A DNA stretch of 64,000 nucleotides, taken from assembly GCA_947175055.1 (NCBI GenBank), contig CAMWLJ010000006.1, forward strand, positions 44 to 64,043. Reading direction: 5' to 3'. Both the position numbers and the translations under genes were made by a program. How positions within the stretch are numbered: position 1 is the first letter of the stretch; each line of letters starts with the position of its first letter. Of the stretch, positions 40,270 to 50,612 are shown in pieces. The stretch comes from an uncultured Lachnospiraceae bacterium (GTDB taxonomy: Bacteria > Bacillota > Clostridia > Lachnospirales > Lachnospiraceae). The notes under the pieces are model-generated. The model ran no database searches. It saw only the letters and a list, made by a program, of their open reading frames with translations, and was not told the DNA's origin.

Positions 40270-41250
40270 ATGAACTGGGCATTGATCGGAGTGGGAAACA
40301 TTGCTGAATTATTTATGCAGTCACTTATATGGGTGGAGGAAGTCAATGTGGTGGCAGCCTATGGCAGAAATAAAGAGAGGCTGCATCGCTTCTGCGACCG
40401 ATGGGGAATTCAGAATAGATATACGGACTATACCGCACTCTATGAGCAGAATGATATCGAAGTCGTGTATCTTGCAACACCGCACATTGTTCACTATAGG
40501 CATGCGGTAAGTGCACTGGAGCATGGGAAACATGTTCTGTGCGAGAAGCCGATGGCCATGTCCCGTGAGGAGACAAGGATGCTTTCAGAGGCAGCACGGC
40601 AAAATGACGTATTCCTTATGGAAGCCATGTGGACCCGTTTCTTTCCGGCTAATATATGGCTGCAGAAATTTACCGAAAGTGGAAGATTCGGCAGACCGTT
40701 GAATGTAAACGCAGAGTTTTCCTTTGCTTATCCGTATGATCCGGATTATCGCTTTTTCCGGAAGGATCTGGGCGGCGGCTGTATGAGAAGTGCGGGTATT
40801 TATCCGTTGGCATATGCCAGTATGATATTCGGCTGTGTTCCCTGTCGGATTTCGGCTTTTGGAGAAATGAGGAATGGAGTAGACGTGCGTACGACGGCAA
40901 TCCTTCAGTTTCCGGGAGAACATGGCAGGACAGCGCAGCTGTATACAGGGTTCCAGGGCCAGTCCCAATGTATGGCTAACATTGCTTTTGAGAAAGGGAA
41001 CGTACTGATTCCGGACTTTATTCATCCGAGTCGTGTGATCGTAACGGATCTGGACGGACACAGGGAGGAAATGCTGTTCCCGTATGAGGGGCCTGGCCTG
41101 CACTACGAGATTCGGCATGCGATGGAATGCATTCGGGCGGGCCATAAAGAAAGCGAGATAATGCCGCTTGAGGAGAGTATAGAGATTGCCGGGATCACGG
41201 ATTTGATCTATCAGGAGTTGGAAAAAGCAAAGGGAAATGAGGTGAATTGA
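40270..41250 (+). CDS. Gfo/Idh/MocA oxidoreductase
   Basis: IGVGNIA, YLATPH, KHVLCEKP, LMEAMWTRF, GIYP. Confidence 0.9.
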   Translation: MNWALIGVGNIAELFMQSLIWVEEVNVVAAYGRNKERLHRFCDRWGIQNRYTDYTALYEQNDIEVVYLATPHIVHYRHAVSALEHGKHVLCEKPMAMSREETRMLSEAARQNDVFLMEAMWTRFFPANIWLQKFTESGRFGRPLNVNAEFSFAYPYDPDYRFFRKDLGGGCMRSAGIYPLAYASMIFGCVPCRISAFGEMRNGVDVRTTAILQFPGEHGRTAQLYTGFQGQSQCMANIAFEKGNVLIPDFIHPSRVIVTDLDGHREEMLFPYEGPGLHYEIRHAMECIRAGHKESEIMPLEESIEIAGITDLIYQELEKAKGNEVN

Positions 41251-42203
41251 TGAAAACATTGCGATTTATTGTAAAGCGGATTTTGCTTATGATACCGATC
41301 TTGATCGGCGTTTCGTTTATCATTTATTTTCTTTCTAATCTGATTCCCGGTTCGCCTGTGGATGCGTATATTTCGGAGACGACCACACCTGCGGACCTGG
41401 AACGGTTGACAAGAAAATTCGGGTTGGATCAGCCGATCTATATCCGGTATTGGAATTGGCTGCTCGCATGTCTGCAGGGCGATTTCGGATTTTCCTTCCG
41501 GACAGGGACGGATGTGGCGGCCATGCTGACATCCAGGATAGGACCGACACTACTGCTTGCCTTCTGTGCGTTTACGGTCTCTATGATCATCAGTATGCTT
41601 CTTGGTGTCAGCGCGGCCTGTAAACCATACTCTGCAATTGATTATATTTCTTCCGGGATTTCTTTTATCGGTTCCGGGTTTCCGGTGTTTTTCCTCGCGC
41701 TGGTCTCGATCTACTTTTTCTCGGTGCGTCTGGGCTGGCTTCCAAATTCCGGCATGTCTGCATCCGCCACGTCTAAGGATTTCGGAGATGTTCTTCGGCA
41801 TCTGATCCAGCCGACTATGGTGCTGGCGATTTCTCTATCCGGAAGTAATATCAGGCAGACGAGAAGCGCCATGTTGGAAGTTTTGAACGAAGACTATGTT
41901 CGTGTGGCCGAGGCTAAGGGTATGAAGCGGCGGGTCATCATATTGAGACATGCGTTTCGCAATGCTCTGATCCCGATCACTACGCAGGCGGGTCTGACAG
42001 TGACGGCACTGATCGGGGGAGCAGTGGTGACCGAACAGATCTTCGGGTGGCCGGGGATCGGAACGCTGCTGATGACTTCTATCAAATTCAGAGACTATCC
42101 GACGATCATGTGTATTACCCTCTACATTACGCTTGGCGTTATGATGGTGAACCTGATTGTAGATGTGATATATGGATTGCTGGATCCCAGAGTACGGACA
42201 TAA
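41250..42203 (+). CDS. oppB: Opp/Dpp ABC permease B
   Basis: FGLDQP, GDFGFS, EDYVRVAEAKG, HAFRNALIP, EQIFGWPGIG, LDPRV. Confidence 0.9.
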   Translation: MKTLRFIVKRILLMIPILIGVSFIIYFLSNLIPGSPVDAYISETTTPADLERLTRKFGLDQPIYIRYWNWLLACLQGDFGFSFRTGTDVAAMLTSRIGPTLLLAFCAFTVSMIISMLLGVSAACKPYSAIDYISSGISFIGSGFPVFFLALVSIYFFSVRLGWLPNSGMSASATSKDFGDVLRHLIQPTMVLAISLSGSNIRQTRSAMLEVLNEDYVRVAEAKGMKRRVIILRHAFRNALIPITTQAGLTVTALIGGAVVTEQIFGWPGIGTLLMTSIKFRDYPTIMCITLYITLGVMMVNLIVDVIYGLLDPRVRT

Positions 42204-42242
42204 GCTGCGGAGACAAAACAGGTAGAAAGAGGAGGAATTACT

Positions 42243-43148
42243 TTGTTTGCAGATAAGAAGAAAACTCAAATTCCAAAGGCTTCCCACTGGAAGGATGTGG
42301 TAAATAATTTCCGAAAGCATAAACTGGCAATGATATCGTTGACGATTCTTCTTGTTGAGATCGTGCTGTTGGTGATCCTGCCGATAGTCATGGATCTGGA
42401 TCCCTATTCCATTCAGGCAGGAGAATTCTATGCGGCACCGAGTGCACAACACATTTTAGGAGTGGATGATGTGGGGAGAGACGTGTTCTCCCGTCTGATC
42501 TATGGCGGCAGAATGTCACTTTTGATCGGCATTGCCTCGGCTACCTTGGCTGCGCTGATCGGGATTCCGCTGGGATTGATCGCCGGATATTATGAGAACG
42601 GTCTGCGGGTCGTTATCCTGCGCGTGACGGATATGTTCATGTCTATCCCGATGATGATCGCAGCAATGTTCATAGTATCCGTTGTAGGCACGAGCATGTG
42701 GACCGTTATGGTGGTGATCGGGTTTCTTGGTTGGCCGGGATTTTGCAGACTGGCATACGGCAGGGTACTTTCTGTTAAAGAAAACGAATATGTGGAGGCG
42801 GCGAGGGCGATAGGAACACCGACACTTCAGATCATAGTGAAGTACATTTTTCCCAATTCCGTAGCGCCGCTGCTGGTGGCTTACAGTATGTCGGTGGCAA
42901 GCTCTATCGTCACAGAGTCTTCTCTTAGCTTTCTCGGAATCGGGATTCAGCCTCCGCAGGCTTCCTGGGGTAATATGATCTATCTGGCACAATCCCTCAG
43001 CACGCTGTCATATCGGCCGTGGCTGTGGCTGCCGGCCAGTATCTGCCTGGTGGGAACGGTTTTGTCGATCAATTTTATCGGCGACGGGCTGCGGGACGCA
43101 TTGGATCCCAAAATGAAAATCTGGAGAAAAGAGGAAGCGTATGGATAA
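42243..43148 (+). CDS. oppC: Opp/Dpp ABC permease C
   Basis: HILGVDDVGRD, EYVEAARAIG, LSFLGIG, GDGLRDALDP. TTG start behind GAGGAGG. Confidence 0.9.
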   Translation: MFADKKKTQIPKASHWKDVVNNFRKHKLAMISLTILLVEIVLLVILPIVMDLDPYSIQAGEFYAAPSAQHILGVDDVGRDVFSRLIYGGRMSLLIGIASATLAALIGIPLGLIAGYYENGLRVVILRVTDMFMSIPMMIAAMFIVSVVGTSMWTVMVVIGFLGWPGFCRLAYGRVLSVKENEYVEAARAIGTPTLQIIVKYIFPNSVAPLLVAYSMSVASSIVTESSLSFLGIGIQPPQASWGNMIYLAQSLSTLSYRPWLWLPASICLVGTVLSINFIGDGLRDALDPKMKIWRKEEAYG

Positions 43149-44154
43149 TAAGGTAATTCTTGAAGTAAATCATCTGAGAACCTATTTTGAAACGAAAAGT
43201 GGAGTGGTCCCGGCCGTGGATGATATCAGTTTCCAGGTACGTGAGAAGGAAGTGTTTTGTATTGTCGGGGAAAGCGGATGCGGGAAAACGGTCACAAGTC
43301 TTTCGATTCTGAACCTGATTCCTCCAAATGCCGGCAAGATCATGGAAGGCAGTTCAGTAAAGCTGGAGGGAAAGGAGCTCACGAACCTTCCGGCGAAGGA
43401 GATGTATGATATTCGGGGAAATGATATATCCATGATCTTTCAGGATCCTATGACGTCACTGAATCCGGTATTGACGATCGAGAAACAGTTGACTGAGACG
43501 ATCATGCGGCATATGCGGATAAAGAAAAACGCGGCCAGAGCACGTGCGGTCGAGCTGCTGAATAAAGTGGGGATTCCGTCCCCGGAAATGCGATTGAAAG
43601 AATATCCTCACGAATTGTCCGGCGGTATGCGGCAGAGAGTGATGATCGCCATGGCGCTCTCCTGCGATCCAAGAATACTGATCGCGGACGAGCCTACAAC
43701 GGCGCTGGATGTGACGATCCAGGCACAGATCCTGCAGCTTATGCTGGAACTGAAGGATAATATATCCGCATCGGTGATCATGATCACGCATGATCTGGGA
43801 GTGGTGGCGGATATCGCGGATCGGATCATGGTCATGTATGCCGGAAATACCATGGAGTACGGCACAAGCTGGCAGCTGTTCAAAAATCCGCTGCATCCTT
43901 ATACGCAGGGCCTCTTGGCGTCGATCCCGCGTCTGGATAAGCGGGTGGAATCTCTGTATTCGATCAAGGGAACCGTACCGAAGCTGTCTTTGGAGATGAA
44001 AGGATGTAAATTTGCTTCCCGTTGTCCTTACGCAGATGACCGGTGCCGAAAAGAAATTCCGCCGTTGTTTGACTTGCGGGACGCATATGGGGACGGGCAC
44101 AAGGTGAGCTGCTGGAGAATGGAACGCAAATATGGGAATGATGTGGGGGAATGA
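43141..44154 (+). CDS. oppD: Opp/Dpp ABC ATPase D
   Basis: [47 protein letters not shown]. Confidence 0.92.
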   Translation: MDNKVILEVNHLRTYFETKSGVVPAVDDISFQVREKEVFCIVGESGCGKTVTSLSILNLIPPNAGKIMEGSSVKLEGKELTNLPAKEMYDIRGNDISMIFQDPMTSLNPVLTIEKQLTETIMRHMRIKKNAARARAVELLNKVGIPSPEMRLKEYPHELSGGMRQRVMIAMALSCDPRILIADEPTTALDVTIQAQILQLMLELKDNISASVIMITHDLGVVADIADRIMVMYAGNTMEYGTSWQLFKNPLHPYTQGLLASIPRLDKRVESLYSIKGTVPKLSLEMKGCKFASRCPYADDRCRKEIPPLFDLRDAYGDGHKVSCWRMERKYGNDVGE

Positions 44155-44158
44155 CACG

Positions 44159-45112
44159 ATGACAAAGGAAAAGGTGCTGTTGAATGTTGAAAAGCTGACA
44201 AAAGTTTTCAGGATTTCACGGGGCGTTCATTTGAAAGCGGTGGACGGGGTAAACCTGTATGTGAAAGAAGGGGAAACTCTCGGACTCGTGGGAGAAAGCG
44301 GGTGCGGGAAATCCACATTGGGCAGATGCATTCTTCGTCTGATAGAACCAACCGAAGGAATTGTAGAATATGACGGACAGGCCATTACTTCCATGCGGCA
44401 TAAGCAATTGCGGCAGATGCGCAGGGAAATGCAGATGGTGTTCCAAAATCCATACTCGTCTTTGAACCCGCGTATGACCATCATGGACTCTGTAAAAGCG
44501 CCTCTGGACGTATTTCAGGTCGGCACACCGAAGGAAAGGATTGAGCAGGTTGTCGAGATGATGAAGATCGTCGGTCTGGATGAGAGCTATCTGTATCGGT
44601 ATCCTCATGAGTTTTCCGGAGGACAGCGGCAGCGGATCGTCATTGCCCGTGCGCTGATGCCAAGACCTAAGTTTCTTGTGTGCGATGAACCCGTTTCGGC
44701 CCTGGATGTCTCTGTCCGTTCGCAGGTTTTGAATTTAATGAATGAGATACAGAAGGAAATGGGCGTTGCCTATCTGTTTATCTCTCATGACCTTAGCGTA
44801 GTGAAGCATGTCAGCGATCGGATCGCGGTGATGTATCTGGGACAGATCGTGGAGATCTCCGATGTGGATGAACTCTATGATAATCCGCTGCATCCTTATA
44901 CACAGGCGCTGATCTCGGCAATTCCGATACCGGATGTGGGAGATAAGCGGGAAAGGATCATTCTGACAGGAGATATTCCAAGTCCGATCTCCCCGCCTGC
45001 GGGATGCCGTTTTCATCCAAGGTGCAAGTTTGCGACACAGCGCTGTAAAACAGAATGCCCTTCCTTAAAGGCTTTAGCAGCCGGACATGCCGTAGCCTGC
45101 CATTTATATTAA
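44159..45112 (+). CDS. oppF: Opp/Dpp ABC ATPase F
   Basis: GESGCGKST, YPHEFSGGQRQR, DEPVSALD, GCRFHPRC. Confidence 0.92.
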   Translation: MTKEKVLLNVEKLTKVFRISRGVHLKAVDGVNLYVKEGETLGLVGESGCGKSTLGRCILRLIEPTEGIVEYDGQAITSMRHKQLRQMRREMQMVFQNPYSSLNPRMTIMDSVKAPLDVFQVGTPKERIEQVVEMMKIVGLDESYLYRYPHEFSGGQRQRIVIARALMPRPKFLVCDEPVSALDVSVRSQVLNLMNEIQKEMGVAYLFISHDLSVVKHVSDRIAVMYLGQIVEISDVDELYDNPLHPYTQALISAIPIPDVGDKRERIILTGDIPSPISPPAGCRFHPRCKFATQRCKTECPSLKALAAGHAVACHLY

Positions 45113-45195
45113 GTTAGGTTTTTTAAAATACATGTTTTCCGGAATCTTTATGTGCCTGATTCCGGGAGACCGTAAATAAAATAAGGAGGAAATGT

Positions 45196-46281
45196 ATGAT
45201 GCAAAAAATGACGCACGCAGAACGTATCAAGTCTGTCCTGGAGGGGAAGCCTGCCGACCGGATTCCATTTGCGGCCTGGGGGCCGCACATGAATCTTGTT
45301 GACCGTAATGAAGGTGATTTTACGAAAGCGGTCATTGCCTATCAGAACCAGCACAATTTTGACGTTCTGAAGATCATGTCCAATGGACTCTACAATGTGG
45401 AGGACTTCGGTCAGGAGTTTTCGCTGCCCCAGCATGCGGATGATGCCGGTTACCGCCTTTCGACGAGAGCGGCATTTAACAGTGTGGGAGACTGGCTTCA
45501 CGCGACTAAGAAAGATCCCTATGAGGGAACAATGGGCCGGGAGCTGCGGGTGATGAAAAATCTCCGCGCATATTATGGGGACTGCGTACCGATCGTTCCG
45601 ACTATTTTCGGACCGTCCAGATCACTGATGGGGTTGAGCGGTACATCTAAAGGGAGCTTCGTTTACAATGGCTATGAGAATTTCAGAGACTTCGTACTGG
45701 ATAACGAGCAGGCATATGGCCAGATCATGGAGTTGATGACGGAGCAAGTGATCGACCTGATGAATGGGTTTATAGATATGGGAGCGGACGGTTTCTTCTA
45801 TTGTGCGGGCGGCGACGTCTATAAGGATGACGGAGATTATAAAGCAGATGGCTTCAGCACGGACGAATATTATAAGTATATTCGAGTCTATGATGATAAG
45901 GTGTTAAATGCGATCAAAGATAAAACCTGGTTTAACATGCTCCATATTCATGGAAACTCTTATCTGCGGATGGAACAGCTTGTAACACTGCCGGGCATTC
46001 AGGCGATCAACTGGGAAGACCAGTCACCGTTTAATCCTTCTCTGGCGCAGGTACGTGCCATGACGGACAAGGTGCTGATGGGCGGTGTTGACCGCTGCAA
46101 CGATTTCTATGGACCGTATCGGGATAAGATCAAAGCAATACTTCGCATGAAGGTGGAGGAAGCCGTGCGGCAGGCGGGCACGAAACTGATCGTTGCAGGC
46201 GGGTGCGAATGTGACCGGGAGACGAATCACCGCTTTGTGGTATGGGATGAAGTGTTAGAAGAAATGGCGTCAGGTAAATGA
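45196..46281 (+). CDS. Uroporphyrinogen decarboxylase-like (URO-D/MetE barrel) protein, not a canonical HemE
   Basis: ERI...G.PADRIP start, TIFGP, GADGFFY, MLHIHG, INW, LMGGVD, IVAGGC. Lacks the HemE WxMRQAGR motif. Confidence 0.75.
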   Translation: MMQKMTHAERIKSVLEGKPADRIPFAAWGPHMNLVDRNEGDFTKAVIAYQNQHNFDVLKIMSNGLYNVEDFGQEFSLPQHADDAGYRLSTRAAFNSVGDWLHATKKDPYEGTMGRELRVMKNLRAYYGDCVPIVPTIFGPSRSLMGLSGTSKGSFVYNGYENFRDFVLDNEQAYGQIMELMTEQVIDLMNGFIDMGADGFFYCAGGDVYKDDGDYKADGFSTDEYYKYIRVYDDKVLNAIKDKTWFNMLHIHGNSYLRMEQLVTLPGIQAINWEDQSPFNPSLAQVRAMTDKVLMGGVDRCNDFYGPYRDKIKAILRMKVEEAVRQAGTKLIVAGGCECDRETNHRFVVWDEVLEEMASGK

Positions 46282-46325
46282 TAACAAGAACAAAAGAGCG
46301 TTTTGAGGGAAAGGAAGGAGATTAT

Positions 46326-47987
46326 ATGAAAAAGCTGATTTGTATATTGATGACATTGGTCATGGTCGGACTGACGGCTTGCGGAAGTACGGGGAATACG
46401 CCGGCAGAGAACGAGGGAAACGCTGCAGTGCAGGATAACGAGGAGGCTGTGGCGGATACGTCGACAACGGAGCCGGCAGCAGAAGCGGATAAGGGAGAAA
46501 AGGTGGTGACCATGGGTGTGACCGGTGCCTGGATGTCTCTGTGCCATGTTCTCTGGCCGTCCAAAGACGTACAGATGGTATTTACGGCGCCGCTGTTCGA
46601 TACGCCGGCGATCCCGAACAGCGAGGGAAAGATAGAGCCGCGTCTTCTGAGCAGCTGGGAAGCGACGGACGATACGTATTCCGTTTATGTTGCCAAAGTA
46701 AATCCCGACGCTTACTGGCATGACGGAGAGAAAGTAACGGCACAGGATTTTGTCTTTACATTTAAGACACTGCTCAACCCGGCATTTGACGGTGAATTTC
46801 AGGATAAGTTTCTCTTAGGTACGGATGACGGCGGTAAGTGTGCGGACCCGGACAGCCTGGGGATCGAGGCGTTGGATGATGAGACGGTACAGTTCACATT
46901 GAAATCCGGTATGGCGGCGGATACGTATTTTGCAGGATTCCGTTATTGCTATGTGATCCCGGAACATCTGTTAAAGGATGTGGATCCTGCGGCGCTGGCG
47001 ACCGATCCTTTCTGGGAGAATCCTGTAGGAACAGGACCGTTCAAATTTGACAGTTATATCGACGGAGAGCGCATGGAGTATGTGGTCAACGATAATTACT
47101 ATCTCGGAACGGCGGACTTCGACCGTTTGATCATCAAAGTGGTAGATTCCTCGGCATTATTGTCTGCTCTGATGTCCGGTGACGTGGATATGACGGCTTA
47201 TTCTTCTGCGCTTTCGGCCAACGATCTGAAGATGGCGGAAGAATCCGAGAATCTGAACACTGTTGTGACAGAGGGCTATGCACATGACCATCTGTTGATC
47301 AACAACAAGAAGTTTGATACTGCACAGCGTATCGCGTTAAATTATATAGTAGATAAATCACTCTGCGCGCAGGCTGCTTTCGGCGAGTATGCGACGCCAG
47401 CCATCGCCATGTTCCGTCCGGAGCATCCTTTCTACTCATCGGTGATTGAGGATCTGCAGTACGAACACGATGCACAAAAGGGAATCCAGATGCTGCAGGA
47501 AGCAGGATTTGATTTCAACCAGACATATACGATTCATGTACAGTCGGATCAGCCTCAGCGTGTGGCGGCGGCAACCGTGCTGCAGCAGACGTGGACGGAG
47601 GCAGGGATCAAGTGTGAGATCATCCAGGCGGATATGGCGACGATCTCGGCAGGACTTTTTGAAGGATCCTTTGACTTTGCGGTGATGGGTTCCGCAGGAA
47701 CGAACTATAATCCTACGAATGAGGGATTTTACTATTGGGTAGACGGATGGAACCAGATGACGGATCCTACGGCTGCGAATCTGGTCGATGCGATCGATAC
47801 GGCGCTCACCTTTGAAGAACAGTACGAGCTTTGCGAGCAGTTCCAGGAATTCCAGATGAAGGAATCTCCCATGATCTATCTGTTCCACAGAATGCAGACA
47901 TTCACGATCTCCAAACGCATCTCCGGTTGTGATGTGGGAGGATTCGGACTTAAGAATTGGAAGTACTGGGAGTGGACGGTGGAGTAA
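46326..47987 (+). CDS. oppA: Opp/Dpp family-5 solute-binding lipoprotein
   Basis: Lipobox LTAC, WHDGEKVTAQDFVFT, PVGTGPFK. Confidence 0.87.
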   Translation: MKKLICILMTLVMVGLTACGSTGNTPAENEGNAAVQDNEEAVADTSTTEPAAEADKGEKVVTMGVTGAWMSLCHVLWPSKDVQMVFTAPLFDTPAIPNSEGKIEPRLLSSWEATDDTYSVYVAKVNPDAYWHDGEKVTAQDFVFTFKTLLNPAFDGEFQDKFLLGTDDGGKCADPDSLGIEALDDETVQFTLKSGMAADTYFAGFRYCYVIPEHLLKDVDPAALATDPFWENPVGTGPFKFDSYIDGERMEYVVNDNYYLGTADFDRLIIKVVDSSALLSALMSGDVDMTAYSSALSANDLKMAEESENLNTVVTEGYAHDHLLINNKKFDTAQRIALNYIVDKSLCAQAAFGEYATPAIAMFRPEHPFYSSVIEDLQYEHDAQKGIQMLQEAGFDFNQTYTIHVQSDQPQRVAAATVLQQTWTEAGIKCEIIQADMATISAGLFEGSFDFAVMGSAGTNYNPTNEGFYYWVDGWNQMTDPTAANLVDAIDTALTFEEQYELCEQFQEFQMKESPMIYLFHRMQTFTISKRISGCDVGGFGLKNWKYWEWTVE

Positions 47988-47998
47988 GAGAAACTTTA

Positions 47999-48029
47999 TT
48001 CAGGTGGCTGGTTCTTTCAGCCACCTGAA
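47999..48029 (+). other. Strong stem-loop after the SBP gene (mRNA stabiliser or partial terminator)
   Basis: TTCAGGTGGCTG-GTTCTTT-CAGCCACCTGAA, a perfect 12-bp stem with no U tract. Confidence 0.6.
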
Positions 48030-48083
48030 ATTCGTCCGTATATATGGAAGAAGCGCAGAAAATGCTCCGGCATGGAGGTAGAT

Positions 48084-49367
48084 ATGGAAATACAGAAATA
48101 TCAGGCATTTATAGACATTTTAAGGAAAGAGTTGATACCCGCCGTGGGATGCACGGAACCTACGGCAATCGCATTGGTAGCGGCGAGGACGAGAGAACTA
48201 CTCGGCTGTCTCCCGGAACGTGTAGAAGTGTACGTCAGTGGAGATATTATCAAAAATGCAAAGAGCGCCGTGGTGCCAAACACGGGTGGAAGATGTGGGA
48301 TAAGGACTGCCGTGGCAGCAGGTGTCTGTGCGGGTATGGCAGACAGATCATTGGAAGTGCTGTCTGATGTTACGGATCGGCAGCGTCAGATGATCGTAGA
48401 ATATCTGGATTCCTGCTCGATCACGGTGGCGCTTTCCGATGATGGGCATGTGTTTGAGATTGACGTGAAAGCATATGCCAGAGGTTCCTATGCAAGAGTG
48501 AAGATGCAGGAGGAACACACCAATATCGTATATGAAGAGAAAGATGGAGAAGTTCTTTATGACCGTGGAGAACAGAAACAGGAGAAAGAGGAAGCGCTTT
48601 ATGCAATGATGAATGTCGCGGATATTGTGGCGTTTGCGGATGCCTTGGAACTTACGGCGGTCTCAGATATCATTCGACGGCAGATTCAGTATAATGGCAA
48701 AATCGCGGAAGAAGGTTTGCGCAAGGATTATGGTGCGAATATCGGAAAAACGCTGCTTGCGTTGTATGGAGAGGAGGATGTACGGGTTCGGGCGAAGGCC
48801 AGAGCCGCAGCGGGATCCGATGCTCGTATGAGCGGCAGTATTCTACCCGTGATCGTGGTGAGCGGCAGCGGAAATCAGGGGATTACGGCGACTGTGCCGG
48901 TAGTGGAATATGCGAAGGCGCAGGGGGCTTCGGAGGAGATGCTGATCCGGGCGGTGGCACTTTCCGATCTGTTTGCGATTTATCTGAAACATGGAATGGG
49001 CAAACTGTCAGCCTTTTGCGGAGCGCTGTGCGCGGGGATCGGGGCTGCCTGCGGCATTGCCTATTTAAAAGGCGGAAGAGAGACGGAAATTGCGCACACG
49101 ATCGTAAATGCAGTGGCGGTTCTGTCCGGCATGATCTGTGACGGTGCCAAGCCTTCCTGCGCGGCGAAGATCGCGGCTGCGGTAGATTCAGCGATCTTTG
49201 GATATGAAATGTACTTAAACGGGCAGGAATTTCTCAGCGGCGACGGGATCATTTCCGAGAATGCGGACAAAACGATCGAGAATATCGCACATTTAGGAAG
49301 CGTGGGTTTAAAACAAGCCGACTGGGAGATCTTACAGATGATGCTGCAGAATGAAGGGAGAGGATGA
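48084..49367 (+). CDS. L-cysteine desulfidase-like protein (CyuA/YhaM, serine dehydratase alpha family)
   Basis: PAVGCTEP, IIKNA...VVP, HTNI, GSDARMSG, SGSGNQG, LSAFCG, GMICDGAKPSCAAK. Confidence 0.88.
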   Translation: MEIQKYQAFIDILRKELIPAVGCTEPTAIALVAARTRELLGCLPERVEVYVSGDIIKNAKSAVVPNTGGRCGIRTAVAAGVCAGMADRSLEVLSDVTDRQRQMIVEYLDSCSITVALSDDGHVFEIDVKAYARGSYARVKMQEEHTNIVYEEKDGEVLYDRGEQKQEKEEALYAMMNVADIVAFADALELTAVSDIIRRQIQYNGKIAEEGLRKDYGANIGKTLLALYGEEDVRVRAKARAAAGSDARMSGSILPVIVVSGSGNQGITATVPVVEYAKAQGASEEMLIRAVALSDLFAIYLKHGMGKLSAFCGALCAGIGAACGIAYLKGGRETEIAHTIVNAVAVLSGMICDGAKPSCAAKIAAAVDSAIFGYEMYLNGQEFLSGDGIISENADKTIENIAHLGSVGLKQADWEILQMMLQNEGRG

Positions 49368-50527
49368 TGACAGAATTAAGTAAACTGGCCCATAAGCAGA
49401 GCGAACATATCATTGCGCTCAGGCGCGAAATTCATCAGAATCCGGAGCTGGGATTCGAGGAATTCCATACCACCGATATCATAGCGAAAGAACTGGAAGC
49501 CTTAGGGATCCCGTATCGCCGCCTGGAACCTACCGGTATCGTTGCACAGATAGAAGGCGCGGGGAACGGAGGAACAGTAGCGCTTCGGGCGGATATTGAT
49601 GCGTTGCCCATTCAGGAGGAGACTACTTTTTCCTTCAAAAGCAAAAAGAGTGGGGTGATGCATGCCTGCGGGCACGATACCCATGCCGCCATGCTGCTGG
49701 GGGCGGCGTCCATACTACAGCAGATAAAAGAGTCTCTGAACGGGACGGTGCGGTTGATATTTCAACCGGCAGAAGAAATCGCAAAGGGAGCACGTGAAGT
49801 GATCGCCCAGGGCGGACTGGAAGGGGTGGATCGGATCTTCGCGATTCACATTGGAGTTGGCCGGCCGGTGGGAACCGTGTTGAGTCTGAAAGGGCCGACC
49901 TTTGCATCTTCGGACCGGTTCCGGATCACGGTCCGGGGAAAGAAATGTCACGGCGCTTTTCCCCATACGGGTGTAGATCCGGTGCTGGCAGGAAGTGCGA
50001 TCGTGATGGCACTGCAATCCTTTACCGCCCGTGAGTTTGATGCGCTGGAACCTTTGGTGGTGACGGTGGGGTCTTTTGTCAGTGATGGCAGTCACAATGT
50101 GATCTCGGGAAGCGCAGTGCTGGAAGGGACGATCCGAACTTACAGCAGAGAGATCCATGAGCAGGTCGAAGGGGCATTCAGACGGTTGGTAGAGAATACG
50201 GCAGCAGCATTTCGGTGTGAGACAGAGATAGACTATCGATGCCTGACGGATGTTCTGATCAATGATGATACGCTGGTGGAACTGGGAAGAAAGGCTGCCG
50301 AAAAGCTGGTCGGCGCCGAGATGATAGAGGATGGCAACTGCTATATGGGAAGCGAAGATTTTTCCGAATATACGGCAGTGGTGCCGGGGGCATTTTTTAC
50401 AGTCTGTGCAGGCGGAAATTATCCAAGTCATCATGGCAAGTTTGAGATCTGTGAGGAGGCTCTGGAGATCGGAGCGGCGCTTTATGCACAGTTTGCGGTG
50501 GATTCCCTGCAGCTTTCCTGTTTGTAG
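49364..50527 (+). CDS. M20D amidohydrolase (N-acyl amino acid hydrolase-like)
   Basis: RREIHQNPELGFEE, LRADIDALP, MHACGHD, FQPAEE, SEDF. Confidence 0.92.
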   Translation: MMTELSKLAHKQSEHIIALRREIHQNPELGFEEFHTTDIIAKELEALGIPYRRLEPTGIVAQIEGAGNGGTVALRADIDALPIQEETTFSFKSKKSGVMHACGHDTHAAMLLGAASILQQIKESLNGTVRLIFQPAEEIAKGAREVIAQGGLEGVDRIFAIHIGVGRPVGTVLSLKGPTFASSDRFRITVRGKKCHGAFPHTGVDPVLAGSAIVMALQSFTAREFDALEPLVVTVGSFVSDGSHNVISGSAVLEGTIRTYSREIHEQVEGAFRRLVENTAAAFRCETEIDYRCLTDVLINDDTLVELGRKAAEKLVGAEMIEDGNCYMGSEDFSEYTAVVPGAFFTVCAGGNYPSHHGKFEICEEALEIGAALYAQFAVDSLQLSCL

Positions 50528-50612
50528 AAATCTTGGAATCATGATAAGATAAAGACAGGGAAGGTGGGAGGCGTTTGTGGTTTGCGGTAAAGCGCCTCGG
50601 AATGGAGGGACT

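Noticed and set aside
45196-46281. hemE or a corrinoid methyltransferase system
   Set aside because: The HemE signature is absent, and no corrinoid protein or activator gene is in the cluster.
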